This document shows, in pieces, positions 1 through 9,159 of a stretch of DNA of 64,000 bases. Position numbers and translations under genes: made by a program. How positions within the stretch are numbered: position 1 is the first letter of the stretch; every line of letters begins with the position of its first letter. The stretch comes from an uncultured delta proteobacterium (GTDB taxonomy: Bacteria > Myxococcota_A > Polyangia > Fen-1088): NCBI GenBank assembly GCA_963767925.1, contig CAVYGB010000010.1:736001-800000 (forward strand). The letters run 5' to 3'. The notes beneath the pieces were generated by a model. That model saw nothing but the letters and a program-made list of their open reading frames with translations. It ran no database searches and was not told where the DNA came from.

Positions 1-1
1 C

Positions 2-667
2 AAGTCGACGGTCACCAGCCTGCTCCTGCGCCTCTACGACTTCGAGCAGGGGAGCGTGCGGGTGCTCGGGCGCGACGTGCGCAGCTACGAGCGGCGGCAG
101 CTCCGCGACCTGTTCTCGGTGGTGCCCCAGGACGTGTTCCTGTTCGCCGGCACCGTCACCTCCAACGTGGCGCTGGGCGACCCCGCACCCGACCCCAAGA
201 AGGTCGAGCAGGCGCTGACCCGGGTGGGCGCGCTCGATCTGTTCTTGCGGCGGGAGGGCGGCCTGCAGGCCCGGGTCGACGAGCGGGGGGCCAACTTCAG
301 CGCCGGCGAACGGCAGCTCATCGCCTTCGCCCGCGCGCTGTACAAGGACACGCCCCTGCTGATCCTCGACGAGGCCACCGCCAGCATCGATTCGGACACC
401 GAGGCCCGCCTCACCGCCGCGCTGGAGGTGGTCATGCAGGGCCGGACGGCCCTGGTCATCGCCCACCGGCTCTCGACCATCCGGGCGGTCGACCGCATCG
501 TCGTGTTCCACCGCGGCAAGGTCGTCGAGGCTGGCTCACACGAGGAGCTCCTTGCGCGGGGCGGCGTGTACGCCCGCCTCTACCGGCTGCAGTACGCCCA
601 GGAAGTCCTGGCGCAGCAAGAAGTCGTCGCCGCACCGCCCCAGATAACGCCATCCGTCGACGGGTGA
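2..667 (+). CDS. ABC transporter ATP-binding/permease protein, C-terminal NBD (5' partial)
   Basis: Frame is open from the window edge: KSTVTSLLLRLYD (end of Walker A), Q-loop VPQD, signature FSAGERQ, Walker B LILDEAT, H-loop IAHRLST. Confidence 0.93.
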   Translation, partial: KSTVTSLLLRLYDFEQGSVRVLGRDVRSYERRQLRDLFSVVPQDVFLFAGTVTSNVALGDPAPDPKKVEQALTRVGALDLFLRREGGLQARVDERGANFSAGERQLIAFARALYKDTPLLILDEATASIDSDTEARLTAALEVVMQGRTALVIAHRLSTIRAVDRIVVFHRGKVVEAGSHEELLARGGVYARLYRLQYAQEVLAQQEVVAAPPQITPSVDG

Positions 668-870
668 CCCCAAATGGACCAAAACTTGACTCGATCGATT
701 TTGCCGCTCTGCGCGCAGGCTGAAACCGTATCCGACCAGGCAATTCCGCCAACTTCTGGTGGGTCGGGGCGGCACAGGGCAGCGTAAAAGCCCCGAGATG
801 GAGCCGCTGGCGGGAACTGTGTGAAGTAATTCGAACGCCTATAAAAGCCTTGGGCCACTGAATAGGCACC

Positions 871-1890
871 ATGACCCAACCATCCATTCGCGCTGTAAGG
901 CGAGTGCTCAAAGGGCTGCCGCTCTCCGGAGCGGCGGTACTTGTCCTGCTCACCGCAGGGCTCACCACGGGTGCTTGCATCCCTCAGGACAACCTCAATG
1001 GGGCTTCCGACGGGGTCAACGCCCCCGTGCCCCCCGCTCCGACGCCGCCGCCCCCGGTCGTCGTTCCCCCTCCCCCGGCTCCGGTTCCCCCGGCTGTCGC
1101 GGCTCCTCCGCCTGCCCCCCTCCCCCCGCCGCCTGCCCCGATCGATCCTCCGGTCGTGGCTCCGCCGCCGCCGGTTGCGCCGCCCCCCGGCAACGGTGGG
1201 AACAACAACAATAACAACAACAGAAACAACAACGGCGACGAGTTCGAGATCCTCCTGGTCATCGGGGACGTGGACAACCCCGCCCAGGGCGACGAAGATC
1301 TCCAGGAGATCATTGAGGACCTCCTCAATGGCGACGACGAGATCGAGGTCGACACGGCCGACGACGAGGACGACGCTGAAGACACCGACGAGGACTTCGA
1401 CGCCGTCATCATCTCGTCCAGCGTCAACGCCAACGTGATCCAGAACGAGTACGAGAACGAGCAGCTCCCCATCATGGTGATGGACGCCGCCACTCTGGCC
1501 GAGATGGAGATGACCGGCGACCAGAACAACCAGGACTTCGGCAACCAGAACGCCACGGAGATCGAGATTCTCGAAGAGAATCACCCGATCATCGAGGCGA
1601 TCAACGCCGAGGAGGATGACGAGGTCGAGGTCGCGCAGAACAACATCTCCATGACGTTCGGCGAGCCCGGCAACGACGCCGAGGACCTGGCTCAGATCGT
1701 GAACCAGAACGGCCGCAGCGTGCTCTTCGAGTACGAGGCTGGTTCGGATCTGGAGAACGACACCGAGGCCGAGGATGACCGCATCGGCTTCTTCCTGAAC
1801 GAGCAGGACGTCAACGACCTGAACGGCGATGGCGAGGATCTCCTGGAGGCCACGCTGCTCTACGTGATCACCGGCGACGCCGAGGACTAG
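871..1890 (+). CDS. Pro-rich, hyper-acidic lipoprotein
   Basis: Signal peptide ending LTTGAC, then a poly-Pro linker, a poly-Asn tract and a ~217-aa D/E/N-rich alpha/beta-like domain; followed by a strong terminator. Confidence 0.85.
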   Translation: MTQPSIRAVRRVLKGLPLSGAAVLVLLTAGLTTGACIPQDNLNGASDGVNAPVPPAPTPPPPVVVPPPPAPVPPAVAAPPPAPLPPPPAPIDPPVVAPPPPVAPPPGNGGNNNNNNNRNNNGDEFEILLVIGDVDNPAQGDEDLQEIIEDLLNGDDEIEVDTADDEDDAEDTDEDFDAVIISSSVNANVIQNEYENEQLPIMVMDAATLAEMEMTGDQNNQDFGNQNATEIEILEENHPIIEAINAEEDDEVEVAQNNISMTFGEPGNDAEDLAQIVNQNGRSVLFEYEAGSDLENDTEAEDDRIGFFLNEQDVNDLNGDGEDLLEATLLYVITGDAED

Positions 1891-1941
1891 AGAAAAGTAG
1901 GCTCTGCCGTTCGCGGCAGGGTCGACCATCTCCGGTCGCGA

Positions 1942-1982
1942 AAAGCCCGGGTCGGTTCGCCGACCCGGGCTTTCGTATTTTC
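1942..1982 (+). terminator. Rho-independent terminator
   Basis: Perfect 14-bp stem AAAGCCCGGGTCGG / CCGACCCGGGCTTT with a TTCG loop and a T-rich tail, about 50 nt after the stop at 1890. Confidence 0.9.
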
Positions 1983-2023
1983 ATCGGCTAGATTTGTTGC
2001 TTCGCTTACTGAAGGAGGGGTCG

Positions 2024-3085
2024 ATGCGCCAGGACGAGACGAAAGCTGGCTCGAATGGTTTGCGACAGGTCCGGGGTGCGGGGGGCATCCGGGTGTTCCT
2101 GCTGGCCCTGGCGGCCACCACGGCCGCCTCCTGCGAGTCCTGTCAGGGGGGCAGCAGTCGGAGCAGCGGCCTCGGCAGCGGCGGCGGCGGCTGGCTGGTC
2201 GGGCAGTCGGCCCTGATGATCAACGTTTCGCACGACGACGGCGGTGACGTGGGGCACTACCAGCTCGAGGTCGGCGAGGACCTGCTCGGCATCGCCTGCC
2301 GGGGGACCACCGACGCCTGGGTGGTGGGTGACCGTGGCCTGATGCTGGCCACCCGCGACGCCGGGACGACCTGGCGGGTCGCGGAGCTCGGGGTCGAGAC
2401 GGCCCTGCGCGGCGTGGCCCTGGCGGCGCCCGACACCATCTACGTGGCGGGAGACGGCGGCGTGGCCCGCGCCTCGTTCGACGGCGGCCAGACCTGGCGT
2501 TCTCTGGACCAGCCGGCGGGCCAGCCGACGGTCGACTGGACCTCGGTGACCACCCGCAAGAGCGACGGCGGCCTGGCCCTGCTGGCGAGCGCGGGCGGGA
2601 CCCTCTGGCGCTACGAGGCCGACAGCGGCTGGCTGGGCGAGACCGGGCGGAGCGCCCGGGGCGCGCTCCACTCGGTCGTGCTGGGCCGGGACGGCAAGAC
2701 CGCGGTGGCGGTCGGCGACGGCGGGACGATGCTGGTGAGCGCGGATGGCGGCCGCAGCTTCCGCGAGCGGCTCACCGGCAGCGCCAGCACCTTGCGCGAC
2801 GTCTGGCTGACCGGGGATCAGGCGGATCGCTTCGTGGCGGTCGGCGACGGCGGGCTGGTGCTGGAAGGCGCGGTCTTCGGCAGCGCCACCGAGTCGCGGA
2901 ACCTGGTGGGGGGCGCGACCTTGCGCGCGCTCCACCTCGAGGCCAGCGGGCACGGGACCATCGCCGGCGACCGGGGGACGGTGTTCCTGACCGACGACTT
3001 CGGGGCGACCTGGAACCGGCTCGAGCTGTCCGAGCAGCGCCACGTCTTCGGCGTCGACGCGCTCGACGCCGGCGGCCACCTTTGA
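2024..3085 (+). CDS. YCF48/BNR-repeat beta-propeller secreted protein (probable lipoprotein)
   Basis: AAGGAGG before ATG 2024; hydrophobic signal ending AASC; repeated (T/S)xDGGxTW Asp-boxes and VGDxG motifs. Confidence 0.85.
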   Translation: MRQDETKAGSNGLRQVRGAGGIRVFLLALAATTAASCESCQGGSSRSSGLGSGGGGWLVGQSALMINVSHDDGGDVGHYQLEVGEDLLGIACRGTTDAWVVGDRGLMLATRDAGTTWRVAELGVETALRGVALAAPDTIYVAGDGGVARASFDGGQTWRSLDQPAGQPTVDWTSVTTRKSDGGLALLASAGGTLWRYEADSGWLGETGRSARGALHSVVLGRDGKTAVAVGDGGTMLVSADGGRSFRERLTGSASTLRDVWLTGDQADRFVAVGDGGLVLEGAVFGSATESRNLVGGATLRALHLEASGHGTIAGDRGTVFLTDDFGATWNRLELSEQRHVFGVDALDAGGHL

Positions 3086-3141
3086 ACTGTCATCGTCGTG
3101 TAATCTGGGGAGCCCGGTCCTTTTTCCCAGGAGATCACACG

Positions 3142-3504
3142 ATGAACCATCCCCGTCTGGTCGGTTTCTCCCTCGTCCTCTGCGCCGGTCTGTCCCTCGC
3201 CTGTGGCGGCGACGATCCACCCGCGCCGCTCGTCGACTGCACGATGGTCACGCCCCAGAAGTACTCCGAGCTGACCATCTGGCCCCTGTGCACGAGCTGT
3301 CACTCCTCGGCCCTCTCGGGGGCGGCCCGCATGATGGCCCCGGCGGGGACCAACTTCGATAGTTTCGACGCCGCCAGGGCCAAGGCCGGCGTGGCCGCCT
3401 CGCGGGCCAAGCTCGGCCAGATGCCACCCTCGACGGCCCCCCAGCCCACCGCCGCCCAGAAGGACGCCCTGGCGGCCTGGGCCACCTGCGGTACCCCGAA
3501 CTAG
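3142..3504 (+). CDS. small monoheme cytochrome c lipoprotein
   Basis: AGGAG RBS, lipobox LSLAC, CTSCH heme motif, distal QMPP Met and a C-terminal LAAW helix. Confidence 0.82.
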   Translation: MNHPRLVGFSLVLCAGLSLACGGDDPPAPLVDCTMVTPQKYSELTIWPLCTSCHSSALSGAARMMAPAGTNFDSFDAARAKAGVAASRAKLGQMPPSTAPQPTAAQKDALAAWATCGTPN

Positions 3505-3593
3505 TTTCCGCGAATCGGTAGCCCTTCCTCGAGGACCGACCGAGGGCGGGGTCGGCGCGGGGTGCACGGGGTCGATGAGGCCCGGTGCGCTCC

Positions 3594-3726
3594 GGGGAGA
3601 GGAAGGGCGGTCTGGCGCCTCGCCGGGCCTTACGCGCTTCGCGCTGGCCCTCTGTCGGCGCTGGCGACTTCGCGCAGACGCGAAGTGCGCGCCTCCACTC
3701 GGCGCCAGACCGCCCTTCCTCTCCCC
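3594..3726. repeat. MITE/REP-like element with 26-bp perfect terminal inverted repeats
   Basis: GGGGAGAGGAAGGGCGGTCTGGCGCC (3594-3619) and its exact reverse complement (3701-3726), with internal hairpin ACTTCGCG-CAGA-CGCGAAGT; lies between convergent genes. Confidence 0.75.
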
Positions 3727-3908
3727 TACGCTCCCCTACCCGCTGGTCCAATCGAGCGGCAGCGGTTTTGCGGCTGTACGACCGGCTGCGATCCAGGGGG
3801 CCGCTGAGCGGCGGCGATCCGGGGACCGTGGCGGCGACTCCGGGGGGGGGCCGGGGGACCGTGGCGGCGATCCGGGGGGGCGAGGGAGGGGAGGCTCTGG
3901 AGGGGGGG

Positions 3909-5507
3909 TCAGGGGGCGAGTTCGATGCGGAAGAGGGCGGGGCGTTCGTTGGCCAGGCCGCCGGTGCCGTAGGCGCCAAAGCGGAGGGCGTAGAGGTAGC
4001 CGTCGGGGGCCTGGGTCCAGGCGCTGAGGTTGGGCATGATGGCCAGGGAGCGATCGACGGGCTTGGCGCCGGACGCGTCGATGACGGCGCCGCGGACCCA
4101 GCCGGTGTACCAGTCGCCGAACAGGTAGACACCGGTCATCGCGCCGCCGTAGCGGTCGTTGCCGCAGTCCTCGTATTGCACGCCGACCCAGACGGCGCGG
4201 CCAGCCCGGGCCTCGAAGGTCTGGGCGGCGGGGTCATCGCCCTCGTAAGGATCGTTGGCGTTGCGGTAGCTGGCGAGCGGGTTGCTCAGGCCGGTGCAGG
4301 CGGCGCCGGTGCAGGTGCCCGAGCGGCTGCCGTTCCAGCCAAAGTTCTGGCCGGCCCGGGTCACGAGGTTCACCTCCTCGTTGGCAGTGTTGCCGACGTC
4401 GCCCACCAGGTAGCGGCCCTGGCTGTCGAGGTAGGCCCGCCAGGGGGAGCGAAAGCCCAGGGCGTAGACCAGCGGGCTGCGGGCCGGATCGTCGGGGAAG
4501 GCGTTGCCGGGGGCCGGATCGAAGCCGGGCTGATCGAGCCGGGGCCGCAGCCGCAGCAGCTTGCCGAGGGTGCTGACCGGGTTCTGGGAGTTGCTGGCGT
4601 CGGTGAACTCGCCGTGCAGCAGCCACATGTTGCCGCCGCGATCGAAGCCCAGCGATCCGACCGAGTGCCAGGGCTGGGTCCCCTGCGGCTCGCTGAAGGT
4701 GATGACGTCGGCGGCGCCGGCCAGGCCGGTGGGTCCGAAGGTGAAGCGGGACACCTTCGACCGGTTGCCGGCGGTGCAGTAGGCGGCGTAGATGATCCGG
4801 TTCTGGACGAACCCGGGATCGTAGGCGAACGAGACCAGGCCGCAGTCGTCCTGGGCGAACACCCCCGGGATCTGGAAGGAGGCCTGCAGGGTCGCGCGAT
4901 CCCCCTCGAGGCGGAAGTGGCTCAGGCGTCCGCCCTTCTGGGTGAGGAGAAAGTCGCTCGGCGCGCCCGGCATGAAGCGTATCTCGGTGAGGCCACCGGG
5001 GGACTTGCCGGCGCCGGTGGTGGCCGGCAGGCCGACCAGCTCGATCGGGCGGAAGGCGAGGCGCGCGGTGGCTGCGGCGGGGCCGGGCGTGGCGTTGCAG
5101 GCGCTCGCCGCCGGCGGACCGGCGGGTGGCGTCGGCTCCGGGGAACCGGGGGGCGGCGGGGCGGCGGCGTCGGCTGCCGGGCCGCCTGCGCCGGCACTGC
5201 CCCCGGGTGGCGGGGTGGGCGCGGGCGCGCCGCCTGCGCCGGAACCCGCGGGCGGCAGGGGGGCCGGGGGCTCGGGCGCCACCGGGCCAGGGCCGGACAT
5301 GCCGGCGCCGCCGGCACCGGACGGAGACGCGGGGTCGGTCGGGGCGGAGGTCGGGGGAGAAGTCGGAGGGGACGATCCGGGACGACCGGGCGGCGTGGAT
5401 GGGACCGGCGGAGCGCCCGGCTCGGGCGGCGGCGCGGAGCCGTTCCCGCCACAGGTGAGGGTCAGGGCGCACAGAACCAACCGAAGACCACCAAAGCTCG
5501 GCTTCAT
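3909..5507 (-). CDS. PQQ-dependent glucose/sorbosone dehydrogenase-family lipoprotein
   Basis: GGAGG then MKPSF...LTLTC lipobox; Pro-rich linker; GSDH motifs LGKLLR, PGNAF, VYALGFRSPW, DVG...EEVN, NFGW, YLFGDW. Confidence 0.88.
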   Translation of the reverse strand: MKPSFGGLRLVLCALTLTCGGNGSAPPPEPGAPPVPSTPPGRPGSSPPTSPPTSAPTDPASPSGAGGAGMSGPGPVAPEPPAPLPPAGSGAGGAPAPTPPPGGSAGAGGPAADAAAPPPPGSPEPTPPAGPPAASACNATPGPAAATARLAFRPIELVGLPATTGAGKSPGGLTEIRFMPGAPSDFLLTQKGGRLSHFRLEGDRATLQASFQIPGVFAQDDCGLVSFAYDPGFVQNRIIYAAYCTAGNRSKVSRFTFGPTGLAGAADVITFSEPQGTQPWHSVGSLGFDRGGNMWLLHGEFTDASNSQNPVSTLGKLLRLRPRLDQPGFDPAPGNAFPDDPARSPLVYALGFRSPWRAYLDSQGRYLVGDVGNTANEEVNLVTRAGQNFGWNGSRSGTCTGAACTGLSNPLASYRNANDPYEGDDPAAQTFEARAGRAVWVGVQYEDCGNDRYGGAMTGVYLFGDWYTGWVRGAVIDASGAKPVDRSLAIMPNLSAWTQAPDGYLYALRFGAYGTGGLANERPALFRIELAP

Positions 5508-5712
5508 CTTTTCCTCCGACCGATCAGACCGGGACCCCTCACGGCGTCCCTCACACCCCCCGGGAAGCACCACGTGCCCCCCGGGCGGCGCGTACCCGCC
5601 TCCTTTAGTAACACGGCGACGTACGCAGGGATACCGACCGGCGCGCCCCACGCGACAGGACCCGCTCCCCCTCCCCGCCTGATCCGTTCGGTCAGGCACC
5701 CCTGCCCGGTTG

Positions 5713-5832
5713 CCCTCTCCCCGTGGCGTCTGGGCCGTAGGGTGAGGGTGAGGGGCGGCTGCCGCGCCGGAGGCCCCTCACCCGGCGCGCAGACGCGCCG
5801 ACCTCTCCCCCCGGCAGACCGCGGGGAGAGGT
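5713..5832. repeat. REP-like palindromic element
   Basis: CCCTCTCCCC...GGGTGAGGGG paired with CCCCTCACCC, then ACCTCTCCCC...GGGGAGAGGT hairpin; matches the common CCCTCACCC/CCTCTCCC REP type. Confidence 0.6.
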
Positions 5833-5863
5833 GATGGACCGACGCCCGGCGGAGTCGGGGAGG

Positions 5864-6565
5864 TCACGGCAGATCGAAGATGTCGCGGCGGGGGGGCGGC
5901 GCGAGGCACTCCTTCTGGACCTCCCGGGCGGGGGCCTCGTCGACCAGGGCAGGGCCGCGCCGGCGGGTCACGCGGGTGAGGCGCTCGAGCTTGCCGGGGC
6001 CGCCGCCGGGCCCGCCCGGGAGCCGGCGGAAGCTGGCGCGCGCCGACAGCAGGCAGATGTCGAAGCGGTTCTCCTTCCAGTCGCCCAGCCCCGTCCACAG
6101 CGGCACCAGGCCGGCGTCCGACTCGCGCAGGAGCGCCACCACCTCGTGGGTGTAGAGCTGGTTTCCGCCCCAGCTCGCGGTGAGCCTCACCCGCACGAGG
6201 CTCTCGCCGAGCCGGAGTCGATCGATGGCCAGCGCCCACTGCTCGGCCGCGGGGGTGATCTCCGCGAGGCGCGGCTCCTGCGCCGAGGCGACCTTCAGCG
6301 CGACCGGCTTGCCCGCCGGGGCCAGCGCCACCACCAGCTCCGGTGGATTGGTCCGCCCCTCGGGCGGCTGGAAGGCCGCCAGGAGCAGCCGCCCGCCCGC
6401 CTCCCGCCGGCAGGCGGTCAACCAGCCGGTGCCGGTCCGCCCGAGCTGCCCGGCGATCTCCGCTTCACCCGGACAGCGGGCCGCGCCCGCCGCCGGCGGC
6501 GAGGCGAGCAGACCGACCAGGCCCGCCAGCGCCGCGGACACCATCCACATCGAGCCGCGCAACAT
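5864..6565 (-). CDS. hypothetical secreted protein
   Basis: Signal peptide MWMVSAALAGLVGLLASPPAAGA, then a globular region with two likely Cys pairs; the listed longer ORF only extends through the repeat array. Confidence 0.7.
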   Translation of the reverse strand: MLRGSMWMVSAALAGLVGLLASPPAAGAARCPGEAEIAGQLGRTGTGWLTACRREAGGRLLLAAFQPPEGRTNPPELVVALAPAGKPVALKVASAQEPRLAEITPAAEQWALAIDRLRLGESLVRVRLTASWGGNQLYTHEVVALLRESDAGLVPLWTGLGDWKENRFDICLLSARASFRRLPGGPGGGPGKLERLTRVTRRRGPALVDEAPAREVQKECLAPPPRRDIFDLP

Positions 6566-6614
6566 GCGGCGACGGTTATGCCAGAAAACCCGCCGACCCG
6601 AGCCTGCAAGCGCC

Positions 6615-6848
6615 CAGGCAAGGCCGCCAGGCAAGGCCGCCAGCTTGCGCAGGCAAGGCCGCCAGGCAAGGCCGCCAGCTTGCGCAGGCAAGGCCGCCAG
6701 CATGTGCGCCAGCTTGCGCAGGCAAGGCCGCCAGGCAAGGCCGCCAGCTTGCGCAGGCAAGGCCGCCAGGCAAGGCCGCCAGCTTGCGCAGGCAAGGCCG
6801 CCAGGCAAGGCCGCCAGCTTGCGCAGGCAAGGCCGCCAGCATGTGCGC
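6615..6848. repeat. intergenic composite tandem repeat (13/9/12-bp modules, 35-bp period)
   Basis: A=CAGGCAAGGCCGC x12, B=CAGCTTGCG x6, C=CAGCATGTGCGC x2, ordered AAB AAB A C B AAB AAB AAB A C; every copy is exact. Confidence 0.95.
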
Positions 6849-6900
6849 CAAGGAGGTACATGGCTAGGCTCCCTCGATTCGGATACTGTTTTTCCCGGGG

Positions 6901-9156
6901 ATGGGCTGGCTGGATCGGCGGTTCGGGGTGGTGGCGGCGCTCGCGGTCGGGGCGCTCGGGCTGTCGCTGTTCGCTCCCGCGCTGTTCCTGGGCGAGACCT
7001 TCTTCGACCGCGATCTGATCTCGTTTTACCGGCCGGCGAAGTCGATCATCGCGCGCCTGTTTGCCGAGGCCGGGGAGTTGCCCCTGTGGAACCCCTACTT
7101 CGCCGCCGGGCAGCCGTTCGCCGCCAACCCCGAGCACGAGCTGTTCCATCCGCTCACCGCGCTGTTCCTTGTCCTCCCCTTCGAGTGGGCCTTCCGCTGC
7201 CAGGTGATCCTGCCGGTCCTCGGCGCGGGGCCGGCCATGTTCGCCCTGCTGCGGACCCTGCGCCGCAGCCGCTGGGGCGCTCTGTTCGGGGCGCTGTCCT
7301 GGGGCGCCGGCGGGTATCTCCTTTCGACCACGAACCTGCTGCCGATCCTGTTCGCGGTGGCGGTGTTGCCCCTGGTCGTCCTGTTCGCGGTGCGGGTGGC
7401 CCGGGCCGGGCAGGCGCGCGACCTGGTCGGTCTGGCCATCAGCTTCGGGTTGATCGGCCTGGCCGGCGAGCCCTCGACCCTGCTGATGACCCCCGTGTTG
7501 TGTGTCCCCGCCCTGCTGTCTACCCGGGCCCCGCCGGGCCGTGGGGCCCTGCTGCGAGTGGGGATCGGCCTGGCCCTGGGCGCGGCCATCGCGGGCGCGG
7601 CCCTCATCCCCGGGGCCCACCACGCCAGCCGCACCATCCGGGCCGACGGGGTGGGCAGCAAGGAGGCCGGCGGCTGGTCCATGCCAGCGGTGCGCGCGCT
7701 CGAGCTCGTCATCTCCCACCCGCTCGGCCACGTCGGCGCCCGGGGCGAGCGCCGCTTTCGCGGGGAGGGCTTTTACCCGGGCCGGGCCACGGTCTACCTC
7801 CTGTCGCTCTACCCGGGCGTGCTGGCCACCGTGCTGGCGGCCGCGGCGTTTCGCCGGCGGCGGCGGCTCTGGCCCTGGCTGGCGGTGGCCGGCGGCGGCT
7901 TCCTCTTCGCCCTCGGAGAGAACTTCCCCCTCTGGGGGCTCCTGCGCCAGGTGCCGCTGGCCCGCGGGCTGCGCTTCCCGGAGAAGCTCAGCCTCCTGGT
8001 GATCTTTCCCCTCATCGTGGCGGCGGCCCACGGCTTCGATCAGCTCGTCTACGGCCCGGTCCGCGCCCGCCCGACCCTGGCCCGCGCGCTGGCCGTGCTC
8101 GCCGGCCTGGGCGCCCTGGCGGCGGCCGGGCTCGGGCTGCTGGAGATCGGCCCCGGCGACGCGGTCAAGCTGGTCCTGGTGGCCGGCGCCGGCGCCCTCC
8201 TCCTCCTGACCTGGCGCGCGCCCGGCCGGCGGGCGCGGGCGGCGCTGCTGCTGTGCGGGCTGGCCGCCGTCGATCTGTTCCTGTCAGGGCGCGAGCTGGT
8301 CCCCACCACGCCGATCGCCCGGGCCGCCGCCGCTCCACCCTACCTCGAGCCGCTGCTGGCGGCGCCGGGGCGGCACCTCCTGCTCGATCAGGCGGCGCTC
8401 GATCGCCGGTTCGATGGGAGCGCCCTGCTGCGCGGACCTCCCGGGCCGGCCGAGTGGGGCCTGCACACAACCCTCGAGAACGACTTCGATCTCACCCACC
8501 TGGCCTGGACCTACCGAGCGATGGAGAGGTTCTGGCAGGCCGTCAACCGGGACCGGTCGCTGCTCGGGCCGCTGCTCCGGCGGCGGGGCGTGACCGCGAT
8601 GGTCCGCTTCGTCCCCGGGGCGCGCTGGCAAGGCGGACGGGTGGTGAGCCCCCGGCCGGGACAGTTCCCGGTCGAGCTGGTCCTCAACCAGCAGGCCCGC
8701 CCCTTCGCCTTCGCCGCCGCCCGGGTCGAGATCGTCGACGGCCACCATGGCTGGGTGGCGGGCGTGCTGCGCCTGGGACGGGCCGTGGCCGACAGCGCCT
8801 GCGTGGAGAAGGCCGACCTGCCCGTCTTCCCGGGCGCGCCGGCCCCCGCCGAGGTGCAGGTGCGGGCGCGGCGGCCGATGGAGGTGCTGCTCGAGGTGGA
8901 GGGGCGCGGGCCGGGGCCCTCGTTCGTGGCCATCAACCAGACCTGGGATCCCGGCTGGTCGGCGACCATCGACGGGACCCCGGCGCCGCTGCTGCGCACC
9001 GAGATCGCCCTCTCCGGCCTGGTGGTCCCCGCCGGGCGCCACCAGGTGGCGCTGCGCTACCGCAACGGCTGGATCGACCTGGGGATCGGCCTCTCGCTGG
9101 CCGCCGTTCTGGCCTGCCTGGGGCTGGTCATCGCGGGCCGCCTGCGGCGGCGGTGA
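6901..9156 (+). CDS. YfhO-family (GT-C-like) polytopic membrane protein
   Basis: D-x(5)-RP, GELPLWNPYFAAGQPFAANP, LRFPEK and C-terminal TWDPGWSATIDG...VPAGRHQVALRY plus a final TM helix. Confidence 0.88.
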   Translation: MGWLDRRFGVVAALAVGALGLSLFAPALFLGETFFDRDLISFYRPAKSIIARLFAEAGELPLWNPYFAAGQPFAANPEHELFHPLTALFLVLPFEWAFRCQVILPVLGAGPAMFALLRTLRRSRWGALFGALSWGAGGYLLSTTNLLPILFAVAVLPLVVLFAVRVARAGQARDLVGLAISFGLIGLAGEPSTLLMTPVLCVPALLSTRAPPGRGALLRVGIGLALGAAIAGAALIPGAHHASRTIRADGVGSKEAGGWSMPAVRALELVISHPLGHVGARGERRFRGEGFYPGRATVYLLSLYPGVLATVLAAAAFRRRRRLWPWLAVAGGGFLFALGENFPLWGLLRQVPLARGLRFPEKLSLLVIFPLIVAAAHGFDQLVYGPVRARPTLARALAVLAGLGALAAAGLGLLEIGPGDAVKLVLVAGAGALLLLTWRAPGRRARAALLLCGLAAVDLFLSGRELVPTTPIARAAAAPPYLEPLLAAPGRHLLLDQAALDRRFDGSALLRGPPGPAEWGLHTTLENDFDLTHLAWTYRAMERFWQAVNRDRSLLGPLLRRRGVTAMVRFVPGARWQGGRVVSPRPGQFPVELVLNQQARPFAFAAARVEIVDGHHGWVAGVLRLGRAVADSACVEKADLPVFPGAPAPAEVQVRARRPMEVLLEVEGRGPGPSFVAINQTWDPGWSATIDGTPAPLLRTEIALSGLVVPAGRHQVALRYRNGWIDLGIGLSLAAVLACLGLVIAGRLRRR

Positions 9157-9159
9157 GGG

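Noticed and set aside
6615..6848. CRISPR array
   Set aside because: Modules are contiguous with no unique spacers, and there are no cas genes in the window.
6566..6851. Repeat-encoded protein extensions (ORFs 5864..6808, 6343..6867, 6576..6851)
   Set aside because: The 35-bp period cycles through frames; the ORFs are open only because the repeat lacks stops.
6850..7018. AAGGAGG-tac-ATG at 6860 as an upstream ORF or alternative YfhO start
   Set aside because: SD spacing is only 3 nt, it is out of frame with 6901, and the peptide is not protein-like.
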